This document shows, in pieces, positions 16,936 to 26,138 of a stretch of DNA of 32,000 bases. The DNA is from Nitrosopumilus sp. (GTDB lineage: Archaea > Thermoproteota > Nitrososphaeria > Nitrososphaerales > Nitrosopumilaceae), in NCBI GenBank assembly GCA_029861345.1, contig JAOTZM010000001.1:29096-61095 (forward strand). Direction: 5' to 3'. The notes under the pieces are model-generated. The model did not search any database and had not been told where the DNA came from. It saw only the letters and a program-made list of their open reading frames with translations. Both the position numbers and the translations under genes were made by a program. The first letter of the stretch is position 1. Every line of letters begins with the position of its first letter.

Positions 16936-17549
16936 ATTAGATACATCTTGTATGGAAGGTGAATCTCAACTGGATCCTCATCAAAGTCAATGTCTCTCTT
17001 CATAACTTGGCACAGTTCACCGTCTCGAGCTCCTGAATCATTCATTGTCATATAGAGTAGTCTTCTACTTTCTGACGCACGGTTGCATACCCATCGGATT
17101 TCCTCATGTGTAAAGGACTCAGGATCAATCTCCTCTTCAATTGTTGGCAATGAAACATTGTCGTTAAAGTCCTCAATGTCAATTGGCAAACCACGCATCT
17201 TTGCATATTTTCTGGCCTTACTGATGTATCCCTTAATTGAGCTTGGCATCTTTGCCTCAAAGGGTTTACGCTTTGCTCCTTTTTGTGAAGGGTTGTAAAG
17301 AATCTCAAGATGATCCTCCTGTAGAAAATTAACAAACTTTTGGAAAAATACGAATGTCTTTCTGGAGTTATTAACAGAAATCAAATCATCAATTACCTGA
17401 TCCATCTCTTTTTGGTAGATATGTTGGCAGAATATCTCCAGATTCCTAAGTGCAGTTTCGGCATTATGTCTGGCACTTTCTGACCTTGACTTTCTATAAA
17501 TTTTGTCAAAGAAATTTTCCTTTGTGATTTTATCGTCAATGTAGGACAT
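16932..17549 (-). pseudogene. Truncated tyrosine recombinase/integrase: N-terminal core-binding domain plus the start of the catalytic domain only
   Basis: 205 aa. FTHEEIRWVCNRASESRRLLYMTMNDSGARDGELCQVMKRDIDFDEDPVEIHLP is the canonical 'LT.eE...l......r....l....tG.R.gEl..l...Di' block containing the first catalytic Arg. The ORF stops 8 codons later, so the K, HxxR, H/W and Tyr nucleophile regions are missing. Confidence 0.6.
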
Positions 17550-17609
17550 TCTTATTAAAAAATATGCAAGAAGTTATTATTAAAGAAAAGAAATCAGTGT
17601 GTATCCACA

Positions 17610-17915
17610 ATGATTCAAGCTGAAATCAGCGTCTATCCTATGGCAACAAGGACAACTAGTTCCAGTTTTTATATTGCAAAGGCAATAGAATCAATTCAGA
17701 ATATCAATCGCCTGAGATACAAAATCAATTCAATGGGGACAGTTTTGGAATCAGATGAGATTGATATCATCTATGAGGCATCAAAGAAGATGATGGAAAC
17801 AGTTCACAATTTAGGAATTGACAGAGTAGAAGTTGTAATAAAAATAGATTCAAGAAGAGACAAACATGTAAAGATGGAAGAAAAGATTGATTCAATAAAA
17901 AAACATTTGATCTAA
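17610..17915 (+). CDS. MTH1187/YkoF-family (UPF0045, thiamine-binding-like) protein
   Basis: 101 aa. It begins (I)SVYPM..., contains MGTVLE and has an ACT-like fold length, all typical of the MTH1187/YkoF family (recalled). Confidence 0.75.
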   Translation: MIQAEISVYPMATRTTSSSFYIAKAIESIQNINRLRYKINSMGTVLESDEIDIIYEASKKMMETVHNLGIDRVEVVIKIDSRRDKHVKMEEKIDSIKKHLI

Positions 17916-19009
17916 AACTGTTTTAAGATCCCAAAGTGAGTATTTCTCTGAGCAGGAGAACGGTCGATTTCTTTAACCATTGTTGCTAGTTCATCAACAG
18001 ATGATGCAGTTGGTTTTCCAGCAGCACGATAAATCTCTTCAGAAAATGCAGTTCCAACCAAATCACTTCCACCATTAGATAGTGCAACCTGTGCAAGTTT
18101 CTTGCCATATGCAACCCAATAAACTGAGATATTGTTTAGAACATTTGCAAGCATAAGCCTTGAGAGTGCAATTATTTGTAAATCATACACAGATGAGCAT
18201 TCGTTATTTACTAGATGTTTTTGCTCTAATTCTGTATTATCTAAGCTAAATTTTAAAGGAATCAAAGTAATGAAACCATTAGTTTTCTTCTGTAAATCAC
18301 GAATTTTTATGAGATGATCAACTATATGTTCTGGTTTTTCTATATGGCCATAAAGCATTGTTACGTTGCTTTGAATTCCCATGTTGTGTGCCTCTTCAAT
18401 AACATCAAGCCATTCTTGTCCACTGCACTTTCCTCTAACAATCTTGTTTCTAATGTCAGGATGAAATAGTTCTGCACCACCACCGGGCATTGAATCAAGT
18501 CCAGCATCTTTAAGACGAGATAGAATTTCTTTAGTAGAATTTTTAGTTAGTTTTGATAAATAAAAGATCTCAGCTGCAGTCAGTGCTTTGATATTAAGTT
18601 GAGGGTGATTCTTTTTGATTATTCTCATCATATCCTCATAGTATTCTAGGGGAAGTTTTGGATGAAAACCTCCAACTATGTGAACTTCCGTTGCGCCCAT
18701 CTGTTTTGCAATTCCAACTCTTTGCTCGATTTCTTGTGGAGTTAGGGTATAAGCATCATCTGCTCCTTCTTTTCGATAAAATGCACACATCTGACAACTT
18801 GCAGCACAGACATTTGTGTAATTCATGTAGTAAGATGCTGCAAAGGTAACAGTATCGCCGACAATCTTCTTTCGGGTAGAATCTGCAACGGCTCCCAGTA
18901 GATGTAGGTTATCATAATTGATTAGTTCAAGACCGTCTTTGTAAGAAAGTTCTTCTCCTGCAATGGCTCGATCTAAGGCTTGTGAGTCCCCAACTAGTTT
19001 CTCTAGCAT
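17912..19009 (-). CDS. Radical SAM enzyme of the MqnC/MqnE (CofH-like) family, futalosine pathway
   Basis: 365 aa. Contains the radical-SAM cluster motif NVCAASCQMCAF plus GGFHP and PGGGAELF blocks characteristic of MqnC/MqnE/CofH-type enzymes. I cannot distinguish MqnC from MqnE by eye. Confidence 0.8.
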   Translation of the reverse strand: MLEKLVGDSQALDRAIAGEELSYKDGLELINYDNLHLLGAVADSTRKKIVGDTVTFAASYYMNYTNVCAASCQMCAFYRKEGADDAYTLTPQEIEQRVGIAKQMGATEVHIVGGFHPKLPLEYYEDMMRIIKKNHPQLNIKALTAAEIFYLSKLTKNSTKEILSRLKDAGLDSMPGGGAELFHPDIRNKIVRGKCSGQEWLDVIEEAHNMGIQSNVTMLYGHIEKPEHIVDHLIKIRDLQKKTNGFITLIPLKFSLDNTELEQKHLVNNECSSVYDLQIIALSRLMLANVLNNISVYWVAYGKKLAQVALSNGGSDLVGTAFSEEIYRAAGKPTASSVDELATMVKEIDRSPAQRNTHFGILKQF

Positions 19010-19083
19010 GTTGTGTTATTAACTCATCATGATATATTCGTTATAATATTAAGAAATAAGTAGCCTATCATGCCAGTAGTAAC

Positions 19084-19257
19084 GTGGTACTCCCCCTAGT
19101 TGATGAATACAAACCAAAATGCTATTTGTGTCACAAGGGTTTTGAGAGTATTGAGAAATTAAGAGACCATCAGAATACAGCACATAAAGACCATTTTGAA
19201 TCACATGAAAAACAGATCACTCGAGAGCCTGCACCAGGAGACGTTACTGTATTTTAG
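19084..19257 (+). CDS. Small C2H2-type zinc-finger protein (57 aa)
   Basis: My own translation from GTG 19084: (M)VLPLVDEYKPKCYLCHKGFESIEKLRDHQNTAHKDHFESHEKQITREPAPGDVTVF. The spacing is C-x2-C-x12-H-x4-H. A TATA-like ttataatatta lies about 35-40 nt upstream. The 3' end overlaps the convergent TPR gene by 14 nt. Below the ORF-track cut-off. Confidence 0.45.
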   Translation: MVLPLVDEYKPKCYLCHKGFESIEKLRDHQNTAHKDHFESHEKQITREPAPGDVTVF

Positions 19258-19741
19258 ATTTCTTTTCTTTTATTGATTTTAGTAGTTTTTGTGCAGTATC
19301 CTTTGAAAGGCTTGCCAAGTCATAATGCTGATCAATAGATAGTGCTTTTTTGAAATGTTTTATAGCACCTTGTAGTTGCCCCATCTCGCCTAATGACAGT
19401 CCTTTGTATGCAAGTGCCATTGCAGATTTTTTGTCAATTTTCAAGGCCAGATCATAGCACTCAATTGCTTCTAGGTATTTCTGATCTGAATGCAATGCTG
19501 CGCCTTTGTTTAGTAATGCATCAAGATTATCAGGAGAAATGGTAAGAGCCTTGTCATAGGATCGAATAGCAAGTTTGAATCTTCCCATGTTTTGTAGTGT
19601 AGCTCCCTTGTCAACAAGGGCAGAAATGTTGCCGGGTTCTTGCTTGAGTACCTGATCATAGATTTTTAGCGCATCATCAAAATTTCCATCTTCGACATAC
19701 TCAAAGGCATCGACCAGCATCCTATCTATTTCACTACTCAA
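19244..19741 (-). CDS. TPR-repeat protein (165 aa)
   Basis: Four to five 34-aa TPR units: ALKIYDQVLKQEPGN, AIRSYDKALTISPDN, AIECYDLALKIDKKS, AIKHFKKALSIDQHY. The annotated start is TTG. Confidence 0.85.
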   Translation of the reverse strand: MSSEIDRMLVDAFEYVEDGNFDDALKIYDQVLKQEPGNISALVDKGATLQNMGRFKLAIRSYDKALTISPDNLDALLNKGAALHSDQKYLEAIECYDLALKIDKKSAMALAYKGLSLGEMGQLQGAIKHFKKALSIDQHYDLASLSKDTAQKLLKSIKEKKSKIQ

Positions 19742-19878
19742 TGTATCAGATAATGTATTGTTAATAATATAGATTAACCAATTGTAAAGGATGTTTTCAC
19801 AATTATCAATCTATGATCTGTAAAAATATTGCCGCGAATTATTCACGTACGGTCAATCAATGTAGTTAACACCAAAAA

Positions 19879-20139
19879 TTATAAAGATTCCTCTTCTCCT
19901 TCAAGAATTAGTAGAAGTTTATCGATAAGGAGATTTTGCACCGCCATTTCCATTTTACTTGATGAATGTGTAATGATATTCTGACTATGTTTAATTTCAT
20001 TTTCCAATCTTTCTCGTATTGCCTGATCATCTAAGATTTGATATTTTAATGAGATTGCCTGTTTCTTATTACTGGCATAAATTTGGATCCAATAATAGCC
20101 TGTTTGACTGTCATCAATTTCTATTTCAGTTATTTTCAC
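19879..20139 (-). CDS. Hypothetical protein (86 aa)
   Basis: GTG-initiated ORF between two TPR genes on the same strand. I recognise no family. Confidence 0.35.
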   Translation of the reverse strand: MKITEIEIDDSQTGYYWIQIYASNKKQAISLKYQILDDQAIRERLENEIKHSQNIITHSSSKMEMAVQNLLIDKLLLILEGEEESL

Positions 20140-20218
20140 AATAGAACTACATCGTATTTGCTTTTTAGAGTTTCAATTATTTGGCTACAGTATGGATCCA
20201 TAACTAGTCTACACAGAA

Positions 20219-20446
20219 TCAAGATGCATTTTTGTCTCGTGGATCAATCTTCAAGGACTTGTTAAAACATTCCATTGCTTCCTCGTATCTTCCCAAACTT
20301 CGAAGTGCTATTCCCTTAAGATTCCAAAGATCAGGATCATCCTGATTCAAAAGAAGTGCTTGCTCAAAAAAACCAAGGGCATCACCAAACTTTCCAGATT
20401 CCATGAAAGTCTGTCCCTTTAAAACAAGGTCTTGGATTTTTTCCAT
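20219..20446 (-). CDS. Small TPR-repeat protein (75 aa)
   Basis: Two TPR units: ALGFFEQALLLNQDD and AMECFNKSLKIDPRD. ATG start. Confidence 0.75.
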   Translation of the reverse strand: MEKIQDLVLKGQTFMESGKFGDALGFFEQALLLNQDDPDLWNLKGIALRSLGRYEEAMECFNKSLKIDPRDKNAS

Positions 20447-20539
20447 AAATTAAAGAAAAGTACATTTGTATTAAACCTAAAAATCAACACCAAAAAGAAT
20501 TCAATAAAACTAAACAAATTTACATTGATTTAGCGAAAA

Positions 20540-20547
20540 TTTAAATA
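20540..20547 (+). promoter_or_regulatory. BRE/TATA promoter (cgaaaa-TTTAAATA) for a leaderless Lrp/AsnC transcript
   Basis: A consensus archaeal TATA box (TTTAAATA) is preceded by a purine-rich BRE-like tract. The box centre is about 26 nt upstream of the ATG at 20569. Confidence 0.5.
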
Positions 20548-20568
20548 AATTTTTCAGCATTATAGATT

Positions 20569-21012
20569 ATGAATCTAGATAACACAGATGAAAAGATTCT
20601 CAAAAATTTGATGGTAGATGCAAGACTATCAGCAAGACAACTCGGATTAAAACTTGGAATGTCTACTGTTACAGTACTATCTAGAATCAAAAAGTTAGAA
20701 AAGAAAAAGATTATTCAGGGATATACTGCAATAATTGACCATGAAAAATTAGGATACTCTCTCACTGCCATTATCGAAATTATCGCCAAAAATGACAAGA
20801 TTATAAATATAGAAGAGCAGATATCAAAATTTGAAAATGTTTGTGGAGTTTATGATATTACAGGTTCAACAGATACTCTGATTATAGCAAAATTCAAGGA
20901 ACGAAATGAACTAAGTAATTTTGTAAAGGGTCTGACTGCAATTCCAAATGTGGAAAATACTATTACTCATGTAGTTCTAAATACCGCAAAAGAAGATTTC
21001 AGATTAACATAG
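20569..21012 (+). CDS. Lrp/AsnC-family transcriptional regulator
   Basis: 147 aa. N-terminal HTH (DEKILKNLMVDARLSARQLGLKLGMSTVTVLSRIKKLEKKKII) followed by a C-terminal RAM/AsnC_trans_reg domain. Confidence 0.9.
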   Translation: MNLDNTDEKILKNLMVDARLSARQLGLKLGMSTVTVLSRIKKLEKKKIIQGYTAIIDHEKLGYSLTAIIEIIAKNDKIINIEEQISKFENVCGVYDITGSTDTLIIAKFKERNELSNFVKGLTAIPNVENTITHVVLNTAKEDFRLT

Positions 21013-21022
21013 TGAAGACAAG

Positions 21023-21580
21023 ATGAAAAGATTAGGCATTTTTTTAATTTTAGGCATTATTATCTTTGGAGTATTCCAAACAGGATATGCTCAGAGCGAT
21101 GAGCTAGATATGGATCTTAAAGTTTCGGATGAAGAAAAGATAGTTCTCTTTGCAGGTTTTGCAATTGCAATTATTGTAATCTTTTTGTTTTTAGCAAGAG
21201 ACATCATACTTCGAAAAAAGACATCTTATGATAAATCTGAATTTGAATCAAAAAGAGAAAAAACATTTGAAAAATATCATTCTAACTGGGGTGAGGATTA
21301 TGAAGAATTGGGAAAGAGGAAAAATACAAAAGAAGATAGAGAATTTCGAAATGCTGCAATAAACGATGAACTCCCAAACTTCTATGATGTTTTAGGAGTT
21401 TCTAAAGATGCAACACAAGAAGAAATCAAAAAAAAATTCAGGGAGCTTGCAAAGAAAACACACCCAGATAAAACAAAAGAAGATTCTGAAGAAGAAATGG
21501 CGGCGTTAAATAAGGCATATGAAATACTATCAGATGAAGAACGAAGAGCAAAGTATGACAAATATCTAAAAGTAGATTAG
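21023..21580 (+). CDS. Membrane-anchored J-domain (DnaJ-like) protein
   Basis: N-terminal signal/TM segment plus a second TM. C-terminal J domain with the HPD motif: NFYDVLGVSKDATQEEIKKKFRELAKKTHPDK...LNKAYEILSDEERRAKYD. Confidence 0.85.
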   Translation: MKRLGIFLILGIIIFGVFQTGYAQSDELDMDLKVSDEEKIVLFAGFAIAIIVIFLFLARDIILRKKTSYDKSEFESKREKTFEKYHSNWGEDYEELGKRKNTKEDREFRNAAINDELPNFYDVLGVSKDATQEEIKKKFRELAKKTHPDKTKEDSEEEMAALNKAYEILSDEERRAKYDKYLKVD

Positions 21581-21981
21581 ACAGATTGTAGTTTTATAAT
21601 AATCATGTTGAGCTCAATTGAGCTGGGAGTCTGAACACTGTTTGTAAGATTGGTAAAGATTTCAAGGTTCGTAGGGATTCCATTAGATTCAATTTGAGTT
21701 GTGATTTTGAGAGCACCAAATTCGGTGTTAGGTCCAAGCATTTTCTTTGTCAGTTGTGGAACAACAGAAAGATCTTCAATTATTCCTTTCATTTTATAGG
21801 CAAATTTGTCTGAAAAATATACCCCTCCACGGGTAGTGGGTTCATTAACAGGAATAGAAGTATTGTTAATTGATACACTCGTAATTGAATAAGTAAAATT
21901 ATTTAGATGAAGTAGAAAATCCGGAGACTGTTTTTCATTAAACTCCATGAGAAGTTCAAGCAAATCATGATTTATGGACAT
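21577..21981 (-). CDS. Hypothetical protein (134 aa)
   Basis: ATG-initiated ORF convergent with the J-domain gene (4-nt overlap). I recognise no family. Confidence 0.5.
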   Translation of the reverse strand: MSINHDLLELLMEFNEKQSPDFLLHLNNFTYSITSVSINNTSIPVNEPTTRGGVYFSDKFAYKMKGIIEDLSVVPQLTKKMLGPNTEFGALKITTQIESNGIPTNLEIFTNLTNSVQTPSSIELNMIIIKLQSV

Positions 21982-22093
21982 TCAAAAATAACCAGATCAT
22001 AATTCTATTGAATCTTTCTAAACATATCCGATAAAAATAAAATAAATTTTCTAGAAGACATAGATCATCTTTAAAAATAGGAATTATGATAAA

Positions 22094-23416
22094 ATGGTAT
22101 TGCAGCAATTTGCAAATACGCATTCAATGCGAAACGAAATCCTGAATCTAATGGTGCAAAAAGGATTAGAAGACGATTATTATGTAGAGATGTTAGATTA
22201 TACCATTGACTTGTTTGAGAGCCAGGGTCTTGGAACGGAATACTACGGGTATCATAACATCAATCATGAATTAGAAGTAACATATGTCTCACTTTTAGCT
22301 ACAGATCAAGATAAATTTCAATTCACTAATGAAGATATAAAGTATCTATACATTGCAGCATTGTTTCATGATTTTGATCCTCAAAAAAATGTAGATAAAC
22401 CACATGAGGAAAGTGTTCTAAGGTTTATCTCAATGGATAGAAAACTCCGCCAGTTAATTAACACAGCAAATATTGATTTAGAAATTATTAAGGTCTTGAT
22501 TTTAAGAACAACATACCCTTGGAGTGGAGAACTTAAAAAAAATGCGGAGGTACAAATCAAACAATGCTTCCAAAATTCAGATTTAACAAAAAACAATCAA
22601 CAATATCAACAACACGTCATGGAAATGGGATGGTATCTATCAGTAGTAGATAGAATTAGCGGTTATGCATTAGGGGATTTTGTAAAAGCAATGGAGATGG
22701 CAAAGATGAATGCTCACGCGCTTGCATGGAGGCCATCATTAATTGTAAGAAGCGCAGTAGCATATTTTGAGGAATTATTAAACAAAGAAACAGAAATGGC
22801 AAAAGGGATCCTCAAGGCTCTTCCAAAGGAGATGAGAAAGAATTTTTTTGATACAGTACTATCATTTATGAAAATCAGGCAACAGGAGATTACTATTCAA
22901 GCAGATTACTCTTATGAAAATCTCAAGCTAGTCCCTATAATAGAATGTATGACAACAAGAGAAGACTCAAATTTCATCAAGACATTATATGAGATCTTTT
23001 TAGAGTTACCAACACCCCTGCAATTTGAAAAAGAAAAATTCGAAGAATCAGTTAAAGATCCACAGATAATCATTAACACACTTAGACTAAATGATAAAAA
23101 CGGAGAGATTGTAGGATTTTCGAAAGGAGGACCACTTGAAAAATATAAGCTTCGCGAAGAGATTAGAGATGAAAATTATGGTCTTAGAAACACGATATTT
23201 CTTGAACCACTAGCACTAAAGATGGGGTATTGGGGACTAAAAGGAGGAAGCGAGATGCGTCATATGTTTATCATGCAATCTCACTCTATGAAGTACAAAT
23301 TTCTAACAAGTTTTGCATTGCGAGATGTCATCAGGTCAAGAATAGACAGAGAACAGGCAGAGTTTGTGACACTATTTGATCCTGAGAGATGGGATTACTA
23401 TAGAATCAAAGTTTAG
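22094..23416 (+). CDS. Hypothetical protein with an N-terminal HD-like metal-dependent phosphohydrolase motif
   Basis: 440 aa. H..H...(HD) pattern: YHNINHELEV ... AALFHDFDP. The C-terminal half may have an acyltransferase-like fold (weak impression only). Confidence 0.5.
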   Translation: MVLQQFANTHSMRNEILNLMVQKGLEDDYYVEMLDYTIDLFESQGLGTEYYGYHNINHELEVTYVSLLATDQDKFQFTNEDIKYLYIAALFHDFDPQKNVDKPHEESVLRFISMDRKLRQLINTANIDLEIIKVLILRTTYPWSGELKKNAEVQIKQCFQNSDLTKNNQQYQQHVMEMGWYLSVVDRISGYALGDFVKAMEMAKMNAHALAWRPSLIVRSAVAYFEELLNKETEMAKGILKALPKEMRKNFFDTVLSFMKIRQQEITIQADYSYENLKLVPIIECMTTREDSNFIKTLYEIFLELPTPLQFEKEKFEESVKDPQIIINTLRLNDKNGEIVGFSKGGPLEKYKLREEIRDENYGLRNTIFLEPLALKMGYWGLKGGSEMRHMFIMQSHSMKYKFLTSFALRDVIRSRIDREQAEFVTLFDPERWDYYRIKV

Positions 23417-23425
23417 ATTCATCAT

Positions 23426-24877
23426 ATGAACAAATCAATTCTAAAATCACTACAGCCAACAATTAAAGGAGATGTTTTTTCTCAAAAGGAATTCAGAGAA
23501 TTTTATTCTGTGGATGCAAGCTCATACCAAATAATTCCAAAAGTAATAGTAATTCCAAAAAATGAAAAAGATGTAATTAATGCAGTAAGGATTGCAAATA
23601 AATTCAAAACATCAATTACCGTACGAGGTGCGGGAACAGGGCTTGTCGGAAGTGCATTAAACAAGGGAATAATTCTGGATATGAAGAATTTTGTTTCGTG
23701 TAAACTTGCCAAAGATAGTGTAATTGTAGGTCCAGGCACAATTAAAGGCAAACTTGACAGGAAACTAGAGGAGTGTCAAAAGTTTTTTCCACCTAATCCG
23801 TCAATTGGTTCTTTTTGCTCAGTTGGTGGAATGTTAGGAAATAATTCCAGTGGAAGCAGAAGTCTAAAGTATGGAAGTGTTATTGATAATGTCTTAGAAA
23901 TTACATTTGTTGACGGCAATGGAAACAAGATTACTCTTCCAAAAAATAAAAGAGTTGCAGAAAAGATTTTAGGGTTTACCAAAAAAATTGATAAATGTGG
24001 ATTCCCAAATGTTACAAAAAACTCTTCAGGGTATAGAATTGACAAAGTAAAATCAATTAATGATGCTCACAAAGTAATCATAGGTTCTGAAGGAACATTA
24101 GGTATTGTTTTATCAGCAAAACTGAAAATCAGGAATAACCCAAAAAAGAGAATTCTTTTTGTAATAGAGTACAAATCAATTATGGATGCCTCAAAAAATT
24201 GTATTGAGATCAATAAAACAGAGCCATCTGCAATGGAATTTGTAGATAGAACGACACTTAATCAAATAAAATTCAAATTTAACAAGAAAACAAAATGTTT
24301 ACTTTTTGTAGAGTATGATGAAAATATTAGTTTTAATGAAAAGAAATTAAAAATAATATCTACTGGAAATATTATTAAGATATTTAAAAAAAAGGCTGAA
24401 ATTTCTCAGTGGTGGAAATATAGAGATCTATCATTGTATTATAGTTTAAAATCAATAAAAAAAGAGAAACGAGTTCCACATGTAATTGAAGATGCTGCAG
24501 TCCCTTTGGAGAGTCTTCCAAAATTATTTACAATTTTAAACAAGATAAACAAAAAATATAAAACTAAATCAATTGCTTATGGACACATAGGAAACGGAAA
24601 TATTCATTTCCGTTTGGTTTCAGATAGAAAAAAAATTGTTGCCATAAAAAATATCGCAACACAGTACTTTGAGGAAATAATCAAGCTCGGTGGAACCATA
24701 ACTGCTGAACACGGAGATGGTCTTGCTCGCTCAGAATTTGTCAGAAGACAGTATGGTGCAAAGAACTATGAAGTATTCAAAGAAATCAAAAAATTCTTTG
24801 ATCCAGAAGATATACTCAATCCAGACAAAATAATCACAAAGAAAAGTACCATTATAGAAAATCTAGAAAAGTTCTAA
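23426..24877 (+). CDS. FAD-linked oxidase (GlcD / D-lactate dehydrogenase-like, FAD_binding_4 family)
   Basis: 483 aa. FAD-binding PCMH-type motifs (VRGAGTGLVGSA, GGMLGNNSSGSRSLKYG, GSEGTLGIV) and a C-terminal block AEHGDGLARSEF. Confidence 0.85.
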   Translation: MNKSILKSLQPTIKGDVFSQKEFREFYSVDASSYQIIPKVIVIPKNEKDVINAVRIANKFKTSITVRGAGTGLVGSALNKGIILDMKNFVSCKLAKDSVIVGPGTIKGKLDRKLEECQKFFPPNPSIGSFCSVGGMLGNNSSGSRSLKYGSVIDNVLEITFVDGNGNKITLPKNKRVAEKILGFTKKIDKCGFPNVTKNSSGYRIDKVKSINDAHKVIIGSEGTLGIVLSAKLKIRNNPKKRILFVIEYKSIMDASKNCIEINKTEPSAMEFVDRTTLNQIKFKFNKKTKCLLFVEYDENISFNEKKLKIISTGNIIKIFKKKAEISQWWKYRDLSLYYSLKSIKKEKRVPHVIEDAAVPLESLPKLFTILNKINKKYKTKSIAYGHIGNGNIHFRLVSDRKKIVAIKNIATQYFEEIIKLGGTITAEHGDGLARSEFVRRQYGAKNYEVFKEIKKFFDPEDILNPDKIITKKSTIIENLEKF

Positions 24878-24948
24878 TTTATTTAAAGTTAAAATCAAAA
24901 ATATCAATTCAGAAACGCTTTATTAACAAAAAAATTGTCCAAAATACT

Positions 24949-25377
24949 GTGTTAAGTAAGGCTATAGGAGTATTAACAATTTTACTAGTATTTACTATTA
25001 GTTTTACCCCGGTATTTGCATCAACAGAATTACAAAGAGCAACGATAAGTGATCCAAGATTAGAAAACTTTTTTGGTTCACAAATAGTGGATAATGTGAA
25101 TGTAAATCAACAAATTCAAATCTCATCTGACATTACAAATCTTCAAGAAAAATCCCAAGCATTTGTGTATCTTGTCCAAATAAAAAATAAAGTAGGTTTT
25201 GTTGTTTCATTGGGATGGATTAGTGGACAATTAACACCAGATCAAAAACTTAGTCCGTCATTATCATGGGCTCCCGATAAGGAAGGAGAGTTTACTGCAG
25301 AAATTTTTGTATGGGAAGGACTGATAAACCATAGTGCATTATCTGAATCTACAACATTACAAATCAACGTCAGTTAA
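24949..25377 (+). CDS. Hypothetical secreted protein (142 aa)
   Basis: GTG start. Signal peptide (LSKAIGVLTILLVFTISFTPVFAS). I recognise no family. Confidence 0.55.
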   Translation: MLSKAIGVLTILLVFTISFTPVFASTELQRATISDPRLENFFGSQIVDNVNVNQQIQISSDITNLQEKSQAFVYLVQIKNKVGFVVSLGWISGQLTPDQKLSPSLSWAPDKEGEFTAEIFVWEGLINHSALSESTTLQINVS

Positions 25378-25574
25378 AATTTTTGACAAGATAAATTAGA
25401 TTGCAAATTAATTTATTATTTAAGAAATTCGAATAATTTGTTCCTAAATTTATCAAAAAATATCCGATATGGAAAAAATTGTTGTGAAACCTAACAATCA
25501 AGATCGCAGATTTGCCTCTTAGTGAAAAAAATTCAACAAGGTCTCGCTAATAGGACCTCAAGCCAAGTGCAGTT

Positions 25575-25718
25575 ATGACAATAGGATATTGTGTTAAGTG
25601 CCGAGATAAACGCGACATCAAAGGTGCTAAACCATACACCATGAAAAATGGTAAACCTGCAATTAAGGGCACATGCCCAACATGCAGTACTGCCATTTTC
25701 AGAATAGGTAGAGGATAA
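25575..25718 (+). CDS. Small zinc-ribbon protein, DUF5679-like (47 aa)
   Basis: My own translation: MTIGYCVKCRDKRDIKGAKPYTMKNGKPAIKGTCPTCSTAIFRIGRG. The pattern CxxC...KNG(K/R)PA.KG.CP.C.T..FRIG matches DUF5679 as recalled. It replaces the antisense 76-aa track ORF at 25533-25763. Confidence 0.7.
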   Translation: MTIGYCVKCRDKRDIKGAKPYTMKNGKPAIKGTCPTCSTAIFRIGRG

Positions 25719-26138
25719 ATTTCTCAGAAAAAATCCAGAACTACCATTCAACAGTAGAGCCATTCCAAGGCAAATGATTGGGGATGGATCTTTTTCTATT
25801 TCTTCTATAATTCTATTTTTTTAAAAAAAATTCTAAAGGAAACGTTCCAACATCAACTCCCACCGCTTCAATTTTGAAAAACCATGTATTGCCAGATACC
25901 CCTGTAAAATAGATATTTAGTAAGCAGAATACGACTTAAATTCTTAATTTATTGAAATTTGTTTTGAAATAATTTTTGTGTTATCGGTCATATTGACGCG
26001 TAAACATATCTGATTATTCCATCCATGAATATTTTTTTGTTCATCAATTTCTCAACAACATTTTAAAATTTTATACAATGGTTTAATTACAGTACAGTTT
26101 CACCACAATTTTAGAAAGACTTGTCATTTGATAGAGAA

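Noticed and set aside
25533-25763. 76-aa minus-strand ORF
   Set aside because: It is the antisense shadow of the better-supported 47-aa DUF5679-like zinc-ribbon gene on the + strand.
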